Source: Synechococcus sp. AG-676-F02 (GTDB taxonomy: Bacteria; Cyanobacteriota; Cyanobacteriia; PCC-6307; Cyanobiaceae). Taken from it: a stretch of 64,000 nt of DNA. The notes beneath the pieces are model-generated. The model did no database searches, was not told the DNA's origin, and was given only the letters and a program-made list of their open reading frames with translations. The position numbers and the translations under genes were made by a program. The stretch lies in NCBI GenBank assembly GCA_003208975.1, contig QCTY01000001.1, forward strand, positions 10,804 through 74,803, written 5' to 3'. Shown in pieces: positions 62,750 to 64,000 of the stretch (the stretch's first letter is position 1; the number at the start of each line of letters is the position of its first letter).

Positions 62750-64000
62750 ATGCCAACTATCGCAACCAGAAAGCCTGTCCTTGATGGAAGAGCAGAGGTC
62801 ATTACCTACACACGGGATACCTCTGCCTTTTATTTGAGGCAATACATTAAAGAGAAGAGAGGTTACAAGACCACTAGGATTTATGATGTAGATACAGAAC
62901 AGGATGCTTGCGGTAAGGCCCTAGATATATTCATTACTACTCATTCAACTGACGCAAAGGCATCGCAACCTAGGAGAGGAACAAAGGAAGGTACTAAGCA
63001 GAAACCTAGGAAGGGACTGCTTAAAGATTGGGTGCGTAAGTATTTAGATGATGAGGAAGAGAAGGTAGATAATGAGTTGCTCAAACCATCAACCTATAAG
63101 AACAAGAAGGAGTGCCTGACTGGTCACTTCTTATCTTACTGTGATGACTACAACATCCTCACTACTAGAGACATAAAGGTTGGATCATTAGATAAGTATA
63201 TTATTTATCGTAGTGAAGCCAAACCACTCACCAAAAGGAAAGAGCTAACAATCATTAGTGGTTTCATCAACTATCTCATTAAGCACAGGATGTTGGATGC
63301 TTATGAGGCAGCACAGAAAGAGTTAGTTCCAAGGGTAAGGCTGGTTGATGCTGATTGGGATAGCAACCCGCCAATCAGAGACCTTGAGGAATGGAACACT
63401 ATTCTCAAGCACCTTAGAAGGTATGTAAAAGCAGGAGAGAAACATCCAAACCCTAGGACTTTGTTATGGCGTAAGCACTTCTACAATTTAATACTGGTAT
63501 TGAAGCAAACTGGTATGAGACCAGTTGAAGCCAGGAATATGAGGTGGAGAGATATAGAGTTTGAGAATGTAGGGAGGATCAGTCAAAGACAAAGGGACTT
63601 AGACCTAGGAGAACTACAGGCACAAGGTATTGAAGAGTGGGAGTTGATGTGTGAGGTGATAGATGAACTAGGCAAGGTGAATAGGTATGTGTCTCACATC
63701 AGGGTTCTCAAATCAAAGACTGGCGCACAGCGTGAAATCACAAGTAACAGTGCTGAGGTATTGGCTCGATGGAAGAGAGACCTTAGGGAATATCTAGATA
63801 AAAATGAACTTCACTTTGAACTGAATGGTGTTGAACTGGAAAGGGATAAGGATGATGGGTTGCCTGTTATTCCTGACGATGTATTGGTCTTTAGTCTGCC
63901 TGATAAGAATGAGTGGAGGCTGCCGCCTTACAACACTTTGAATGTTAGATGGAGAGATATGATTAGTGAGATAGCAAGTGAGCTAAAAGGACCACAGATG
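62750..64000 (+). CDS. Tyrosine recombinase/integrase (partial, 417 codons, open at the window end)
   Basis: Uninterrupted frame from ATG 62750; box I KQTGMRPVEARNMRWRDI and catalytic Lys loop KSKTGAQREI. The H-x-x-R and Tyr motifs are expected beyond 64000. Confidence 0.9.
   Translation, partial: MPTIATRKPVLDGRAEVITYTRDTSAFYLRQYIKEKRGYKTTRIYDVDTEQDACGKALDIFITTHSTDAKASQPRRGTKEGTKQKPRKGLLKDWVRKYLDDEEEKVDNELLKPSTYKNKKECLTGHFLSYCDDYNILTTRDIKVGSLDKYIIYRSEAKPLTKRKELTIISGFINYLIKHRMLDAYEAAQKELVPRVRLVDADWDSNPPIRDLEEWNTILKHLRRYVKAGEKHPNPRTLLWRKHFYNLILVLKQTGMRPVEARNMRWRDIEFENVGRISQRQRDLDLGELQAQGIEEWELMCEVIDELGKVNRYVSHIRVLKSKTGAQREITSNSAEVLARWKRDLREYLDKNELHFELNGVELERDKDDGLPVIPDDVLVFSLPDKNEWRLPPYNTLNVRWRDMISEIASELKGPQM

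Larger units (their letters stand above)
62417..64000 (+). mobile_element. Left end of an integrative element, prophage or island inserted at the ychF 3' end (continues beyond the window)
   Basis: Drop in GC and switch to purine-rich, AGG/AGA/CTA-rich coding right after ychF; contains an integrase. Confidence 0.8.

Overview
A GC-rich picocyanobacterial chromosome segment, most consistent with marine Synechococcus (psbDC, ycf4, petM, pipX-pipY-sepF-proC, pntAB, NTRC-type trxB). It is mostly core genome. The left end is a surface-polysaccharide locus: rfbA/C/D/B dTDP-rhamnose genes and a two-domain GT2 converge on a sulfotransferase that is coupled to a small motif-plus-coiled-coil protein. The right end is the start of a low-GC integrative element directly after the ychF stop codon, with two tiny ORFs and a tyrosine integrase that the ORF track missed because it runs off the window. 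In between are three AT-rich patches whose edges fall inside core genes: a divergent CPA1 antiporter after queA, a FAD2-like desaturase, and the 5' half of cysS. There is also a decayed L,D-transpeptidase pseudogene before der, and several frameshifted genes (polA, aas/fadD, mtnD, the cobI start, an L,D-transpeptidase-fold gene). Some of these look like homopolymer sequencing errors and some like real decay. I saw no tRNA, rRNA or CRISPR array. All family calls come from motif recognition by eye, and GC figures are hand counts of single 60-nt lines.
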